Shown in pieces: positions 50,264 to 60,409 of a stretch of DNA of 64,000 nt. The position numbers and the translations under genes are program-made. Source of the stretch: Longimicrobiales bacterium (lineage in GTDB: Bacteria; Gemmatimonadota; Gemmatimonadetes; Longimicrobiales; Gaopeijiaceae); contig OZ242008.1 in NCBI GenBank assembly GCA_965204735.1, positions 1,056,001 to 1,120,000 of the forward strand, written 5' to 3'. Position 1 is the stretch's first letter; the number at the start of each line of letters is the position of its first letter. The notes beneath the pieces were generated by a model that searched no databases, was not told where the DNA came from, and saw only the letters and a list, made by a program, of their open reading frames with translations.

Positions 50264-51190
50264 CTACGGCTCCGCGGTCATCGAGGCCGCGGCAGCCTCC
50301 AAGTCGTACGCTTCGGTCCGAATTCGGCGGTCGTAGTAGAGCAGCATCGTGCACGACACGAAGAGGGGCGTGGTGAACGATCCGACCGCCAGCTGAGCCA
50401 TTTGGACGAGCCAGTACTTGCTCGCGCTCACTGCCGCGCTTGGTTCGACGGCGAAGAGGCTCGAGAGGCCGTAGGCGAACGACTGGAGGGCCAGGCTGGG
50501 AAGCGCAAGCATGATCGACGCGATGCACACCACTCCGAAGATGCGGAGCCTCGCCTTCCGCGCGAGCCGGAACGACCGGCGGATCGCGCGCCAGGGACCG
50601 GCCTTCTCGACGACGACGGCCGGCAGCACGGCGAAGGTCGACGACACGAACCAAACCATTGCGAGCACGCTCGCGACGAGCAGCGCCGCCGAGATTCCCA
50701 CGACCGCGTAGCCGGTGCCCACTCCCGCCACGCCGGCGACGAAGGCGGTGACGACGGCGACGCAGGCAAAGGCGCCCGCCAGTACGGCGGCCGCGAGAAG
50801 ACACGCCAGGGCCACGGCGCCCACTACGACGGGCAAGCGGCCGAGCGCCTGCCGGTAGCTGGAGGCGAATGCCGGCCTGCGGTCTTGGGCTCGCATGGCG
50901 ATCGCGGCCGTGAGAGCGGTCCAGGCGACGGCGGCGACCACCGCGCCTGCCCCGATCCATCCCAGGCCGGCGAGCAGCGCCGCGAGCGCTTCGGCCGGCG
51001 CCGTGGAGTCGAAGTTCGACGCCGAGAAGCGGGATGCAAAGGCGAGTTCGCCGACGCCCAGGAGCGCGTAGGACGGCGCAAGCCCCACCACGGCGACGAT
51101 CGTGTAGTCGAAGAAGTCCCGCCGGTAGAGATGGAACGCGGCGTCGAGGATCTCGCCGAAGTCCAGGGGCCGGTGGGGAACGATCGACAA
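50264..51190 (-). CDS. Multi-pass membrane protein (GDPD membrane-domain-like) of the MoxR cluster
   Basis: RPLDFGEILDAAFHLYRRDF, AIRRSFRL, LLYYDRRIRTEAYDLE; start TTG 51190 or ATG 51274. Confidence 0.75.
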   Translation of the reverse strand: MSIVPHRPLDFGEILDAAFHLYRRDFFDYTIVAVVGLAPSYALLGVGELAFASRFSASNFDSTAPAEALAALLAGLGWIGAGAVVAAVAWTALTAAIAMRAQDRRPAFASSYRQALGRLPVVVGAVALACLLAAAVLAGAFACVAVVTAFVAGVAGVGTGYAVVGISAALLVASVLAMVWFVSSTFAVLPAVVVEKAGPWRAIRRSFRLARKARLRIFGVVCIASIMLALPSLALQSFAYGLSSLFAVEPSAAVSASKYWLVQMAQLAVGSFTTPLFVSCTMLLYYDRRIRTEAYDLEAAAASMTAEP

Positions 51191-51314
51191 GAGCTTCTCT
51201 CGACGTGGCTTGGGTTGGGGTCTCGCTTCGATTGGCGCGGGGCTGGTGGAGGGAACCTTTGTGCCGGCCAGCATCCGGTCAATAGCGGATCGGGACAGTC
51301 GGCGGCGGTGCCCC

Positions 51315-51450
51315 CGGCGGTTCGGGCGTTGCCTCGGCGGTTCGGGCGTTGCCTCGGCGGTTCGGGCGTTTCCCTCGGCGGTTCGGGCGTTCCCCCGGCG
51401 GTTCGGGCGTTTCACTCGGCAGTTCGGGCGTTGCCCCGGCGGTTCGGGCG
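51315..51450. repeat. Seven-unit 20-21 bp tandem repeat, core CGGCGGTTCGGGCGTT
   Basis: Cores start at 51315, 51335, 51355, 51376, 51396, 51417, 51437, with 4-5 nt variable linkers. Confidence 0.92.
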
Positions 51451-51466
51451 CGGGTACGTTCCCAAC

Positions 51467-52279
51467 ATGACTTCTTCCGCGCGCGGTTTCCGTCGGGCGA
51501 GGGTCGCGGCCGTCGTCGCCCTCGGCGTCCTGGCCGCTCTTGTCGTCGACGCGCTCCGCCCGCCCCTCGCCGTCGCCGCCCAGGAAGGCCCCGTCGCATC
51601 TTGGCCGCCCGTCGCCACCTTCTCCATCGTCGGCTTCGATCCGGTCACGGGCGAGGTGGGCGTGGCCGTCCAGTCCCGCGTCTTCTCGGTGGGCAACGGC
51701 GTGATCTGGGGCGAGGCCGGGGTGGGCGTGGTCGCCACCCAGGCGATCGTGGACGTGAGCTACGGCCCCCAGGCGTTGGCCTTGCTGCGGGAGGGCCGGT
51801 CGCCGGAGGATGTGGTCCGCGAAGTCCTGGCCCGAGACGCCGACCCCGACCCGGAGCGCTGGACCAAGGAGGGCCGCCAGTTCTCGGTCATGAACGCCCA
51901 GGGCGTAGTCGCGACCCACACCGGCCCCCGCGCCAGCGAGTGGGCCGGCCACCGGATCGGCGAGCACTGCTCGGCCCAGGGCAACATCCTGGCAGGACCT
52001 GCCGTCGTGGACGACATGGTGACCGCCTTCGAGTCCACCGAGGGCCACCTCTCCCATCGGCTCCAAGCCGCCCTGGAAGCGGGTCAGGCAGCGGGCGGCG
52101 ACACGCGCGGAATGCAGTCGGCCGCAATGCTGGTGGTCAAGGAGGACGGCGGCGTTTGGCTCAACAACGACGTGGTCCTGCGCCTCCAGGTGGACGACCA
52201 CCCGGAGCCGATCGCGGAGCTGCGCCGGTTGGTGGAGAAGGCGGCGGAGCGACGGGACCGGCGAGTTGGGACCGGTTGA
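51467..52279 (+). CDS. DUF1028 family (Ntn-hydrolase-like) exported protein
   Basis: Signal peptide; TFSIVG.DP.TGEVGVAVQS, VATQA, QGNILAG, AGGDTRG.QSAA, VDDHPEPI.EL. Confidence 0.88.
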   Translation: MTSSARGFRRARVAAVVALGVLAALVVDALRPPLAVAAQEGPVASWPPVATFSIVGFDPVTGEVGVAVQSRVFSVGNGVIWGEAGVGVVATQAIVDVSYGPQALALLREGRSPEDVVREVLARDADPDPERWTKEGRQFSVMNAQGVVATHTGPRASEWAGHRIGEHCSAQGNILAGPAVVDDMVTAFESTEGHLSHRLQAALEAGQAAGGDTRGMQSAAMLVVKEDGGVWLNNDVVLRLQVDDHPEPIAELRRLVEKAAERRDRRVGTG

Positions 52280-52591
52280 CGTTCAGCTCTATTCGCAGCG
52301 GGGGTCCATAACCATGCATGCCTCGCGTCGATCCCAGAGCAGAGGCGCGCAAGATCCAGCGAGAGTCCCTGAGGCGGATTCGGGCAACGACAGACCAGTC
52401 CTAGGGGGGTAGGGCAGGGTAGGGCAGGCTAGTGTCTGCCAGAAAAACCTGGTTTCGTGGCTTGACCGAGTTCCGCCGGGGTTCGGGGTGTCGAAGACGG
52501 CCGGTTCCGGTAGATCGCCGTGGGCGTCCTCAACGCCGTGGGCACTGCGTTGATCGCATCGCGGACTGGCCCGGTCTTCCGCAGCGCCCCC

Positions 52592-54730
52592 TCACCACTC
52601 GGCCAGCTCCAGCATTCCCTCCAGCACGTCCTCGACCTGGGGCAGGATCGCCTTTTCCAGCCGGGGCGAGTACGCCACCCACGTGTCCATCGCGCCCACG
52701 CGGCGGACGGGGCCGTCCAGCCACGGGAAGAGCTCGTCGGCGGCCTGGGCCGCGATCTCGGCGCCGAGCCCGAACGTCACGGCGTCCTCGTGGGCGACCA
52801 GGAGCTTGCCGGTGCGGCGGACCGACGCCGCCACGGTCTCCATGTCCAGGGGCGAGAGCGTGCGCAGGTCGATCACCTCGGCGCTCGCCCCGTAGCGGTC
52901 CTGGGCGATCCGGGCGGCGTCCACCGAGCGCTTCGTCAAGGCGCCGCACGTGGCCACGGTCAGGTCGCGGCCCGGCCGGACCACCTTCGCCTTGCCGAAT
53001 GGCACCATGTAGTCCGGGCCCGGACAGGCGCCCTTGTTGTGCACTTGGCGGTAGAGGTGCTTGTGCTCCAGGAAGAGCACCGGGTCGTCGCAGCGGATCG
53101 CCGTGCGCAGGAGGCCGTTGGCGTCCAAGGCGTTGGACGGGAGCACGACCCGCAGCCCCGGCGTGTGGGTGAAGAGGGTCGCGCCGGTCTGGGAGTGGTA
53201 CGGCCCGCCCTTGATGTAGCCGCCGTAGGTGGTGCGCACGACGACCGGCGCCGACCACTCTCCCGCCGATCGGTAGCTCATCGTCGCCAGCTCGTTGCGC
53301 AGCTGCATGAACGCCGGCCAGATGTAGTCGAAGAACTGGATCTCGATCACCGGCTTGAGCCCGCGAGCCGCCATCCCCACGGCGCGCCCCACGATGTTCG
53401 CCTCCGCCAAGGGCGCGTTGTACACCCGCTCGCTCCCGAACCGGGCCTGGAGCCCGTGGGTCACCTTGAAGACGCCGCCCTTGCCCTTCACCTCTTCCAG
53501 CGCGTCCTCGCGAGAGGCGTCCGCCACGTCCTGACCGAAGACCACGATCCGGGGGTCCCGCTTCATCTCGTCGCGCAGGCAGCGGTTCAGCAGGTCCACC
53601 ATCGTCAGCGGGCGGTCGTCCTCGAAGGCGGGCCGGTCCTCCGTGTCGAAGCGGCCTCCGCAGGGGTCCACGGTCTCGGAGTAGAGCCACTTCGCCGCCG
53701 TCTCGGGCTTGGGCTGGGGATGCTCCATCGCCTGGTCCGCGGCCGCCGCCACCGCCGCCTTCACGTCGGCCTCCAGCTGGGCCAGCTCCGCCTCCGTGGC
53801 CGCCCCCGAGTCGACCAGCAGCCGCCGCGTCCGAGGCAGCGGGTCCCGGCTGTCCTGCTCGGCGCGCTCGGCCGAAGAGCGGTAGAGGGACTCGTCGTCG
53901 GAAGCGGAGTGGGAGTAGGGCCGGGTCGTGTGGGCGTGCAGGAGGGCTGGCCCCTGCCGCGCTCGGCACCAGCCCACCACTTCGCCGGAGGCCCGCCAGC
54001 TTTCCAGCACGTCGGTCCCGTCGCACTCCACGATCTTCAGGTTCGGGAACCCGGCGAGGAGCCGCGACACGTTGCCGCCGGCGGTCTGCACTTCGACGGG
54101 CACGGAGATCGCGTACTCGTTGTCCTCCACCACGAAGAGGACGGGCAGCTTCAGGTTGCACGAGGTGTTGAGGGCCTCCCAGAACTCGCCCTCGGAGGTG
54201 GTCCCGTCGCCGGCGCAGCAGACGACGACCTCGTCGGACGCGAAGCTCCCCACGTGGGGCCGCAGCTCCGCCCGCCGCTCCGCCCGCAGGCCCGCTTCCG
54301 CCGTCCCCACGGCGTGGAGGAACTGGGTCCCCGTCGGCGACGAAGCCGACACGATGTTGAAGCGCCTGTCGCCGAAGTGGGCGGGCATCTGCCGTCCGCC
54401 GCTGTTGGGGTCCGCGGCCGCGCCCATGCTCTGAAGGAAGTGGTCCTGGGGGGACTGCCCCAGCGCCAGCGCCAGCGTCCGGTCCCGGTAGTACAAGTAG
54501 AACCAGTCCGACCGGGGATCGAGCCAGTCGGCCAGGCCGGCCTGGACGGCCTCGTGTCCCGCTCCTGCAATTTGGAAGAAGACCTTGCCCTGCTTCTGAA
54601 GGGCCACTTCCCGGTCGTCGATCGCCCGGGCGGTGACCATCGTCCGGTACCACCGCAACAACGTCTCGTGGCTCGGAAGCTCCGGTTCGGCTCCCGTCTC
54701 CGCGTCCATGTGCCGCTCCAGCGTCGCCAT
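52592..54730 (-). CDS. 2-oxoacid (probably branched-chain) dehydrogenase E1, fused alpha+beta
   Basis: GAGHEA, YYRD, GRQMPAH, TPP motif GDGTTSEG...DN, HSASDD, GQDVA, PLAE, EIQFFDY, HSQ, EHKHLY, IDLRTL.PLD. Confidence 0.92.
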   Translation of the reverse strand: MATLERHMDAETGAEPELPSHETLLRWYRTMVTARAIDDREVALQKQGKVFFQIAGAGHEAVQAGLADWLDPRSDWFYLYYRDRTLALALGQSPQDHFLQSMGAAADPNSGGRQMPAHFGDRRFNIVSASSPTGTQFLHAVGTAEAGLRAERRAELRPHVGSFASDEVVVCCAGDGTTSEGEFWEALNTSCNLKLPVLFVVEDNEYAISVPVEVQTAGGNVSRLLAGFPNLKIVECDGTDVLESWRASGEVVGWCRARQGPALLHAHTTRPYSHSASDDESLYRSSAERAEQDSRDPLPRTRRLLVDSGAATEAELAQLEADVKAAVAAAADQAMEHPQPKPETAAKWLYSETVDPCGGRFDTEDRPAFEDDRPLTMVDLLNRCLRDEMKRDPRIVVFGQDVADASREDALEEVKGKGGVFKVTHGLQARFGSERVYNAPLAEANIVGRAVGMAARGLKPVIEIQFFDYIWPAFMQLRNELATMSYRSAGEWSAPVVVRTTYGGYIKGGPYHSQTGATLFTHTPGLRVVLPSNALDANGLLRTAIRCDDPVLFLEHKHLYRQVHNKGACPGPDYMVPFGKAKVVRPGRDLTVATCGALTKRSVDAARIAQDRYGASAEVIDLRTLSPLDMETVAASVRRTGKLLVAHEDAVTFGLGAEIAAQAADELFPWLDGPVRRVGAMDTWVAYSPRLEKAILPQVEDVLEGMLELAEW

Positions 54731-54805
54731 GGCGACTCCCCCCAGCAGCTGCAGTTTGGGCGACAGTGCGCCGGCGCGGCCGTCGCCTCTCTTCTCTCTT
54801 GATGC

Positions 54806-56914
54806 CTAGCCCATCAACCTAACCGCCCCGGCTCGTTTCAGCCCGTCGGCCAGCGCCTTCGGCGAATCCGCCGGCTCCTGACACGCCTTGCCGACGCACA
54901 CGAAGGCGCGCCCGCTCCGGTCCAGCCGCCCTTCCATCGCCGGCAGCGCCGCCACCTTGGGGTTCGTCGGGTCGCCGCCCACGATCGTCCGGTTGGGATG
55001 GGGGTGACGGTGCGCCACCGCCAGCATCTCGTCGATCCGCTTCCCCGCTCCCGCCAGCGCCACCTCCAACCGGGGCGTGGAGAACAGGAAGGCGGCGGTC
55101 AGCAGGCGACCGACGGCCTGGGGGCTGCTCTCCATCGCGCCCACTTCCCGAGCGAGGACCCGTTCGGCCGTCTCGGCGCGCCCCCCGTCGCCGGCGACCG
55201 CGTCTAGCCGGACGAGCAGCTCCACGGCCAGCGAGTTCCCTGAAGGGGTGGCGTTGTCCAAGATGTCCCGAGGCCGCACCAGGAGCGGCTCGCCTTCCTT
55301 GGAAGCGTCGTGGAAGAGACCCTCGCCGGCGGACCAGAACCGTTCGACCATTGCGTCGCACATCCGCTCGGCCTCTTCAAGCCAGCGCGAGTCCAGGGTC
55401 GCCTCGTAGAGGGAGAGGAAGGCGTTGCCCAGAGCCCCGTGGTCCTCGAGGAACGCCTCGACGTGCACCCGGCCGGCGGAGAGCACCCGGAAGAGGCGGT
55501 CGCCGGGGCGGAGGGCGTCCAGGAGGAACTCGGCGGCCCGCAGCGCGGCTTCCGTGTAGTCGGGGCGGCCAAGCGCCGGGCCGGCCTCGGCCAGCGCCCG
55601 GACCGCGAAGCCGTTCCAGCACGCCAGGACCTTCTCGTCGCGAAAGGGCGGCGGGCGCTCGCTCCGCCGGGCCTTCAGGGCGGCCAAGGCTTCCCCCAGC
55701 ACGCGCTGCAGCTCGTCTCGGGCCACGCCCTCTTGCCGGGCCACGGCGTCCGGGTCGTGGGGCAGGTGGAGGATGTTCCGTCCCTCGAAGTTGCCCGGCT
55801 CGCTCACGTCGTAGACCCGGCAGAAGAGCCTGGCCGCGTCGCGTCCCAGCGCCTCCCGCACCTCCGCGGGCGTCCAGAGGTAGAAGGCGCCTTCCTCGGG
55901 CACGGCGGCCGCGTCCGAGAACCGGCCCCCGCGCGCGCCGTCCGCCGGGAGCGAGTCGGCGTCGCGGGCGGAGCAGAAGGCCCCCTCGGGCAGGATCAGG
56001 TCCTCCAGCATGTAGTCCAGGGTCTCCTGGGCGACTTGTCCCAGTCCCGGCGCGCCCAGCAGGTGCCCCTGGACGAGGGCGCGGGCCAGCAGCGCATTGT
56101 CGTACAGCATCTTCTCGAAGTGGGGCACCAGCCAGCGGGCGTCCACGGAGTAGCGGTGGAACCCGCCCCCGCAGTGGTCGCGGATGCCGCCGGCGGCCAT
56201 GCGGGAGAGGGTGTGCACGGCCATCGACGCGCCCGGGCCGGCGCCGCTGCCGGCGCGCAGCAGGAACTCCAGGAAGACCGGCTGGGGGAACTTGGGCGCG
56301 CCGCCGAAGCCTCCGTGCACCGGGTCGAAGCTCCGTCCGGCGACGGCGACCGCGTGGGAGAAGAGGCCCTCGTCGCCGGCGCCGAAGCGCCCGCTGCCGG
56401 GGTGGGGCCGGCCGGCGCTCCGCTCCAGCGCTTCCCGCAGCCGCTCGCCGACGCGCACCGCTTCTTCGCGGCGGGACTCCCACGCATGCGCCGCCGCCAC
56501 GAGCACTTGGCGGAACGACGGCATCCCGTGGCGGGGCTCCGGGGGGTAGTACGTGCCGCCGTGAAAGGGCACGCCCTCCGGGGTGAGGAACGCGGTCAGG
56601 GGCCAGCCGCCCTGTCCCGTCATCGACTGGACCGCCCTCATGTAGATCGAGTCCAGGTCGGGCCTCTCCTCCCGGTCCACCTTGACGTTGACGAACGCTC
56701 GGTTCATCAGGCGGGCCGTCTCCGGGTCCTCGAAGGACTCCCGCTCCATGACGTGGCACCAGTGGCACGCCGAGTAGCCGATGGAGAGGAGGATCGGCCG
56801 GTCCGTCTCCCGAGCCAGCGCCAGCGCCTCTTCGTCCCACGGGCGCCACTCCACCGGGTTGCCGGCGTGCTGCAGGAGGTAGGGGCTGGTCTCGTGGGCG
56901 AGGCGGTTGGCCAT
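54806..56914 (-). CDS. Thioredoxin-domain / six-hairpin protein (YyaL/SPATA20-like)
   Basis: [55 protein letters not shown]. Confidence 0.93.
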   Translation of the reverse strand: MANRLAHETSPYLLQHAGNPVEWRPWDEEALALARETDRPILLSIGYSACHWCHVMERESFEDPETARLMNRAFVNVKVDREERPDLDSIYMRAVQSMTGQGGWPLTAFLTPEGVPFHGGTYYPPEPRHGMPSFRQVLVAAAHAWESRREEAVRVGERLREALERSAGRPHPGSGRFGAGDEGLFSHAVAVAGRSFDPVHGGFGGAPKFPQPVFLEFLLRAGSGAGPGASMAVHTLSRMAAGGIRDHCGGGFHRYSVDARWLVPHFEKMLYDNALLARALVQGHLLGAPGLGQVAQETLDYMLEDLILPEGAFCSARDADSLPADGARGGRFSDAAAVPEEGAFYLWTPAEVREALGRDAARLFCRVYDVSEPGNFEGRNILHLPHDPDAVARQEGVARDELQRVLGEALAALKARRSERPPPFRDEKVLACWNGFAVRALAEAGPALGRPDYTEAALRAAEFLLDALRPGDRLFRVLSAGRVHVEAFLEDHGALGNAFLSLYEATLDSRWLEEAERMCDAMVERFWSAGEGLFHDASKEGEPLLVRPRDILDNATPSGNSLAVELLVRLDAVAGDGGRAETAERVLAREVGAMESSPQAVGRLLTAAFLFSTPRLEVALAGAGKRIDEMLAVAHRHPHPNRTIVGGDPTNPKVAALPAMEGRLDRSGRAFVCVGKACQEPADSPKALADGLKRAGAVRLMG

Positions 56915-56981
56915 GGGACGGAAGATAGGGCCGACGCCGCAGGGCCGCCCGCCGGCCCCGGCGGCCTTGGCGGGGCGGGGA

Positions 56982-57139
56982 CCCGGCCGCCCGTGGTCGG
57001 AGTTGGCCGGAGACCGAGGCGGCGGAGTCTCAGCGCGAGAGGCCCGGCCGCCCGTGGTCGGAGTTGGCGCACCGCCAGATCACGACGGCGGCGGCCGCGG
57101 GCCAGCCCCGGGGACCCGACCGCCGTGGTCGGAGCTGGC
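56982..57139. repeat. Three ~26-bp hairpin direct repeats with unique 35- and 46-bp spacers (CRISPR-like or REP-like; no cas genes in window)
   Basis: CCCGGCCGCCCGTGGTCGGAGTTGGC at 56982 and 57043; CCCGACCGCC-GTGGTCGGAGCTGGC at 57115. Confidence 0.75.
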
Positions 57140-57192
57140 GCGCCCCCCGCCGCGAAACCCATAGCTTTACTTGTGCGCGCTCCGCCCCGACC

Positions 57193-58017
57193 ATGGAGGT
57201 CTCCCTGCGTGGCTTGACCCGCCGTCTCCTCGTCCTCGCCCTCTCCCGCCCGAGGCTGTGGCCCGCCATGCTCTCCGCCGCCTGGGCGTTCCGGGCGAAG
57301 GACTGGCACCGGCGGCCCCCCTTCCTCCCCCTGCCGTCCAAGGAGTACCTGCGGTGGCGGATGGAGACGGCCTACGGCGACCGGGAAGCCGTGCCTCCGC
57401 GCGACGAGCTGGCCGCCTTCCTCTCCTGGTCCGCCGAGATGCGGAAGCGGATGCGGCCCGAGCGAGCCGGCCTGGCGGCCAAGGCGACGGCGGCCGCCGC
57501 CCTGATCGCCTTCGCAGTGTGGGCGAACCTGCAGGCGGCCGAGCACGACGCGGTTCGGGAAGCGGCGGCGGCGGCAGGCTACCCCGGCCTGCTGGCGGCG
57601 TCGGTGGTGAGCGGCTTCAACCTGATCGCGCCGGTTCCCGTCGCCGCCTTCTACCCCTTCTTGCTGGAAGCCGGCTTTCAGCCCCTTCCGACGCTGGCCA
57701 CGATCGCCCTTGGAATGACCGGGGGCGACTTTCTGGGCTACATGGTGGGCGACGCCTCCCGGGCGCTCTCCGGCGACCGCCTGGCCGGGTTTCGGGCGCG
57801 AGTGGACCGACTCCACCAGCGGCACCCCGTCCTTCCGCTGGCGGTCCTCTTCCTCTACGCCGCGTTCGCCCCCGTGCCCAACGAGCTCCTCGTCGTCCCC
57901 CTGGCGTTCATGCGCTACCCTTTGGCCGGGGTCATGCTCGCCGTCTTCGCGGGCAACCTGATCTTCAACTCGTGGCTGGCCCTGGGCGCCGCGTGGCTCT
58001 TCGGCGCGGGCGGATGA
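57193..58017 (+). CDS. Hypothetical protein: small soluble N-domain plus DedA/VTT-like membrane domain
   Basis: N-part WHRRPPFLPLPSKEYLRWRMETAYG; C-part hydrophobic with GMTGGDFLGYMVG and FAPVPNE. Confidence 0.6.
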   Translation: MEVSLRGLTRRLLVLALSRPRLWPAMLSAAWAFRAKDWHRRPPFLPLPSKEYLRWRMETAYGDREAVPPRDELAAFLSWSAEMRKRMRPERAGLAAKATAAAALIAFAVWANLQAAEHDAVREAAAAAGYPGLLAASVVSGFNLIAPVPVAAFYPFLLEAGFQPLPTLATIALGMTGGDFLGYMVGDASRALSGDRLAGFRARVDRLHQRHPVLPLAVLFLYAAFAPVPNELLVVPLAFMRYPLAGVMLAVFAGNLIFNSWLALGAAWLFGAGG

Positions 58018-58102
58018 GCTTGCGGCGGCGCGCGCGACCGGGACGCCGGCCCGCCCGGAAGCTCCAGCGGCGAGCGGGAACTCCCGAAAGCGAGCCGCGT
58101 CG

Positions 58103-58711
58103 ATGCTGATCGCCGGACTCACCGGCAACGTGGGCGCGGGGAAGTCCACGGTGGCGGAGCAGTGGCGCCGGGCCGGGGTTCCGGTGGCGTCGGCCGACGA
58201 GTTCGCGCGCCAAGCGACGGCCCCCGGATCGCCGGTCGTTGCGCGGATCGTGGAGCTCTTCGGCGCGGGCGTGCAGGCTCCCGACGGCGCCCTGGACCGG
58301 GACGCCGCGCGGCGCCTGGTCTTCCCCGACGCCGACGCCCGACGCAAGTTGGAAGCGGTGGTCCACCCGGCGATCAGGCGCCTCCGGGACGAATGGACCC
58401 GGGTCCAGCGGGCGGGCGGCGTTCCCCTGGCTGCGTGGGAGGTCCCCCTCCTCTTCGAGGTCGGAATGGAAGAGGAGGTGGACGTGGTGGTGCTGGTGGA
58501 CGCGCCGGCCGCCGTGCGCCGGAAGCGGATCATGGAGACGCGAGGTCTCGACGCGACGACGGCCGACCAGGTGATCGCGTCCCAGGGCCCGGCGGAGGAG
58601 AAGCGCAGCCGGGCCGACTACGTTGTGGAGAACGGCGGCTCCCTGGCGGAGCTGGCCGCGCGCGCCGCGGGGGTGCTGGACGACCTGAAGCGAAGGGCAG
58701 GCAAGACATGA
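58103..58711 (+). CDS. coaE: Dephospho-CoA kinase
   Basis: GLTGNVGAGKST, LDRDA.R..VF, LEAVVHP, VPLLFE, ADYVVEN. Confidence 0.95.
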   Translation: MLIAGLTGNVGAGKSTVAEQWRRAGVPVASADEFARQATAPGSPVVARIVELFGAGVQAPDGALDRDAARRLVFPDADARRKLEAVVHPAIRRLRDEWTRVQRAGGVPLAAWEVPLLFEVGMEEEVDVVVLVDAPAAVRRKRIMETRGLDATTADQVIASQGPAEEKRSRADYVVENGGSLAELAARAAGVLDDLKRRAGKT

Positions 58712-59913
58712 CGGACGCGACCGAGGGTCCGCCGGTCCCCCAGGTCGAGCGGCCCATAGGCCCTGCCGAGGCGCTGAAGGCGCTGCACACGGCGTCGGGG
58801 ATCGTGCTCACGACCCACGTCAACGCCGACGGCGACGCCGCCGGGTCCCAGGCCGCGCTGGCCACCTACCTGAACTGGCGTTTCCGCGCCGTGCAGATCG
58901 TGAACCCGACGCCGTTCCCCGAGCCCTACCGCTTCCTCCTGCCGGAGCCGCCGATGCTCCTGCCGGCGACCCACGAGGAAGCGGCCCGCTACTGCGCCTC
59001 GTGCACGCTGGCGGTGATCGTGGACGCGGGACAGGTCCCTCGCATCGGGAGAGTCAACAAGCTGGTCCGCCACCTGCCCAAGCTCGTGATCGACCATCAC
59101 CCCCCGGGGCCCAGGCCGTTCCAGGGCATGGTCTATCGAGACGAGTCGGCCCCGGCCACCGGGTCGATGGTCCTGGAGATCATCGAGCAGGCCGGCATCA
59201 AAGGCCAGTCGCGCGAGGTGTGGCCGCCCGTCGCTCGGGCTCTCTACGCGGCGCTCCTGGCCGACACCGGCGGCTTCCGCTTCTCCAACGTCACGCCGCG
59301 GTGCTTCCGCGACGCCGCGCGCCTGGTGGAGCTGGGCGCCGACCCCGAGGCCCTTCACCGAGCCATGTTCGGCCGCTTCCCCCTTCGTCGCTACCACCTG
59401 CTTCGCGAAGCCTTGGCCACCTTGGAGGTCCACGCCGGCGGCCGAATCGCGTGGATGACGGTTCCCAAGGATTCCTACGACCAGCTGGGCGCCACGGTGG
59501 ACGATCTGGAGGGGTTCGTGGACGTGCCCCGCACCCTCCACGACGTGGAGGTGGCAATGCTCTTCCGCACCACGGCCGACGGCAAGACCAAGGTCTCGCT
59601 TCGCGCCACCGGCCGCGTGAACGTGAGCGAGATCGCGACCGAGCTCGGCGGGGGCGGCCACGCTCGCGCTGCCGGGGCGGTTCTGGAGGGCGACGGGGAG
59701 GCCGCGACGGCCCACGTCGTGGCGCGCGTGGAGGAGGCGCTGGCGGCGGCGGACGCGGCGGCAGCCGAGTGCGAGGACGCGGAGGAAGCGCGGGGCGAGT
59801 CAGACGCCGGAGGCGGCTCGGACAGCTCGGACGGCTCGGACGCGCCCGGCGCGCCCGGCCGGTCGAACGTGCTGCCCTGGCCCATCCGGCCGTCGTCGGA
59901 AGGGGAAGGGTAG
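58708..59913 (+). CDS. nrnA: DHH/DHHA1 phosphoesterase (oligoribonuclease / pAp phosphatase)
   Basis: THVNADGDAAGS, VIDHH, DTGGFRF, KVSLR, GGGGHARAAG. Confidence 0.9.
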   Translation: MTDATEGPPVPQVERPIGPAEALKALHTASGIVLTTHVNADGDAAGSQAALATYLNWRFRAVQIVNPTPFPEPYRFLLPEPPMLLPATHEEAARYCASCTLAVIVDAGQVPRIGRVNKLVRHLPKLVIDHHPPGPRPFQGMVYRDESAPATGSMVLEIIEQAGIKGQSREVWPPVARALYAALLADTGGFRFSNVTPRCFRDAARLVELGADPEALHRAMFGRFPLRRYHLLREALATLEVHAGGRIAWMTVPKDSYDQLGATVDDLEGFVDVPRTLHDVEVAMLFRTTADGKTKVSLRATGRVNVSEIATELGGGGHARAAGAVLEGDGEAATAHVVARVEEALAAADAAAAECEDAEEARGESDAGGGSDSSDGSDAPGAPGRSNVLPWPIRPSSEGEG

Positions 59914-59917
59914 GCCG

Positions 59918-60409
59918 ATGGATCCGGCCTTCGGTGGACCTCCTCGCGACGACGACAACGGCCCCGGCGTGCCCGAGGCCCTTCCCAGGACCTTGCGCGC
60001 CGTGGGAGATCGGCTGGGGCCGGGCGTCGTGGACCGCCTGTGGCTCTTTCCGCCTCTCGTGCGGTCCCGCAGGGAGTGGGGGCTCGTGGCCGCGGGCTGC
60101 TTCGAGGGTCGGGACGCCCGCCGGCTCGTCACCGCCGCCTACGCGGCCGAGCGCACGGGCAAGGGCCTCTACCTGGACGTCCGTCTGCTGGACGAGGGCG
60201 TCGCGCCTCCGGACCGCCTGCCCAGGGTGATGGCCGGCGTGGTCGAGCGTGCGCCCGAGCCGCTGGGCCACCCCCGCATCGTGGAGATCGGCGGCGAGGC
60301 GGAGGCGTTCGACGCGCTGATGTCCGACTTCGGCCGGGAGCTCTTCGCCGAGACCGCGGCCGGGCCTCCCGCCACGCGTCCGCACGCCCGACCGGAGGCG
60401 CGCCGGTGA
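59918..60409 (+). CDS. Hypothetical protein
   Basis: 163-aa ORF tightly packed between nrnA and fur, GTGA overlap with fur. Confidence 0.7.
   Translation: MDPAFGGPPRDDDNGPGVPEALPRTLRAVGDRLGPGVVDRLWLFPPLVRSRREWGLVAAGCFEGRDARRLVTAAYAAERTGKGLYLDVRLLDEGVAPPDRLPRVMAGVVERAPEPLGHPRIVEIGGEAEAFDALMSDFGRELFAETAAGPPATRPHARPEARR

Noticed and set aside
51315..51450. CRISPR array
   Set aside because: Variable parts are only 4-5 nt, far too short for spacers; kept as a tandem repeat
52592..54730. E1 alpha-beta fusion as a novelty
   Set aside because: Fused 2-oxoacid dehydrogenase E1 is well known in several phyla
59812..59860. 9-bp microrepeats in the nrnA tail (GGCTCGGAC-like, GCGCCCGGC)
   Set aside because: Short in-frame slippage repeats in a disordered tail; no sign of function
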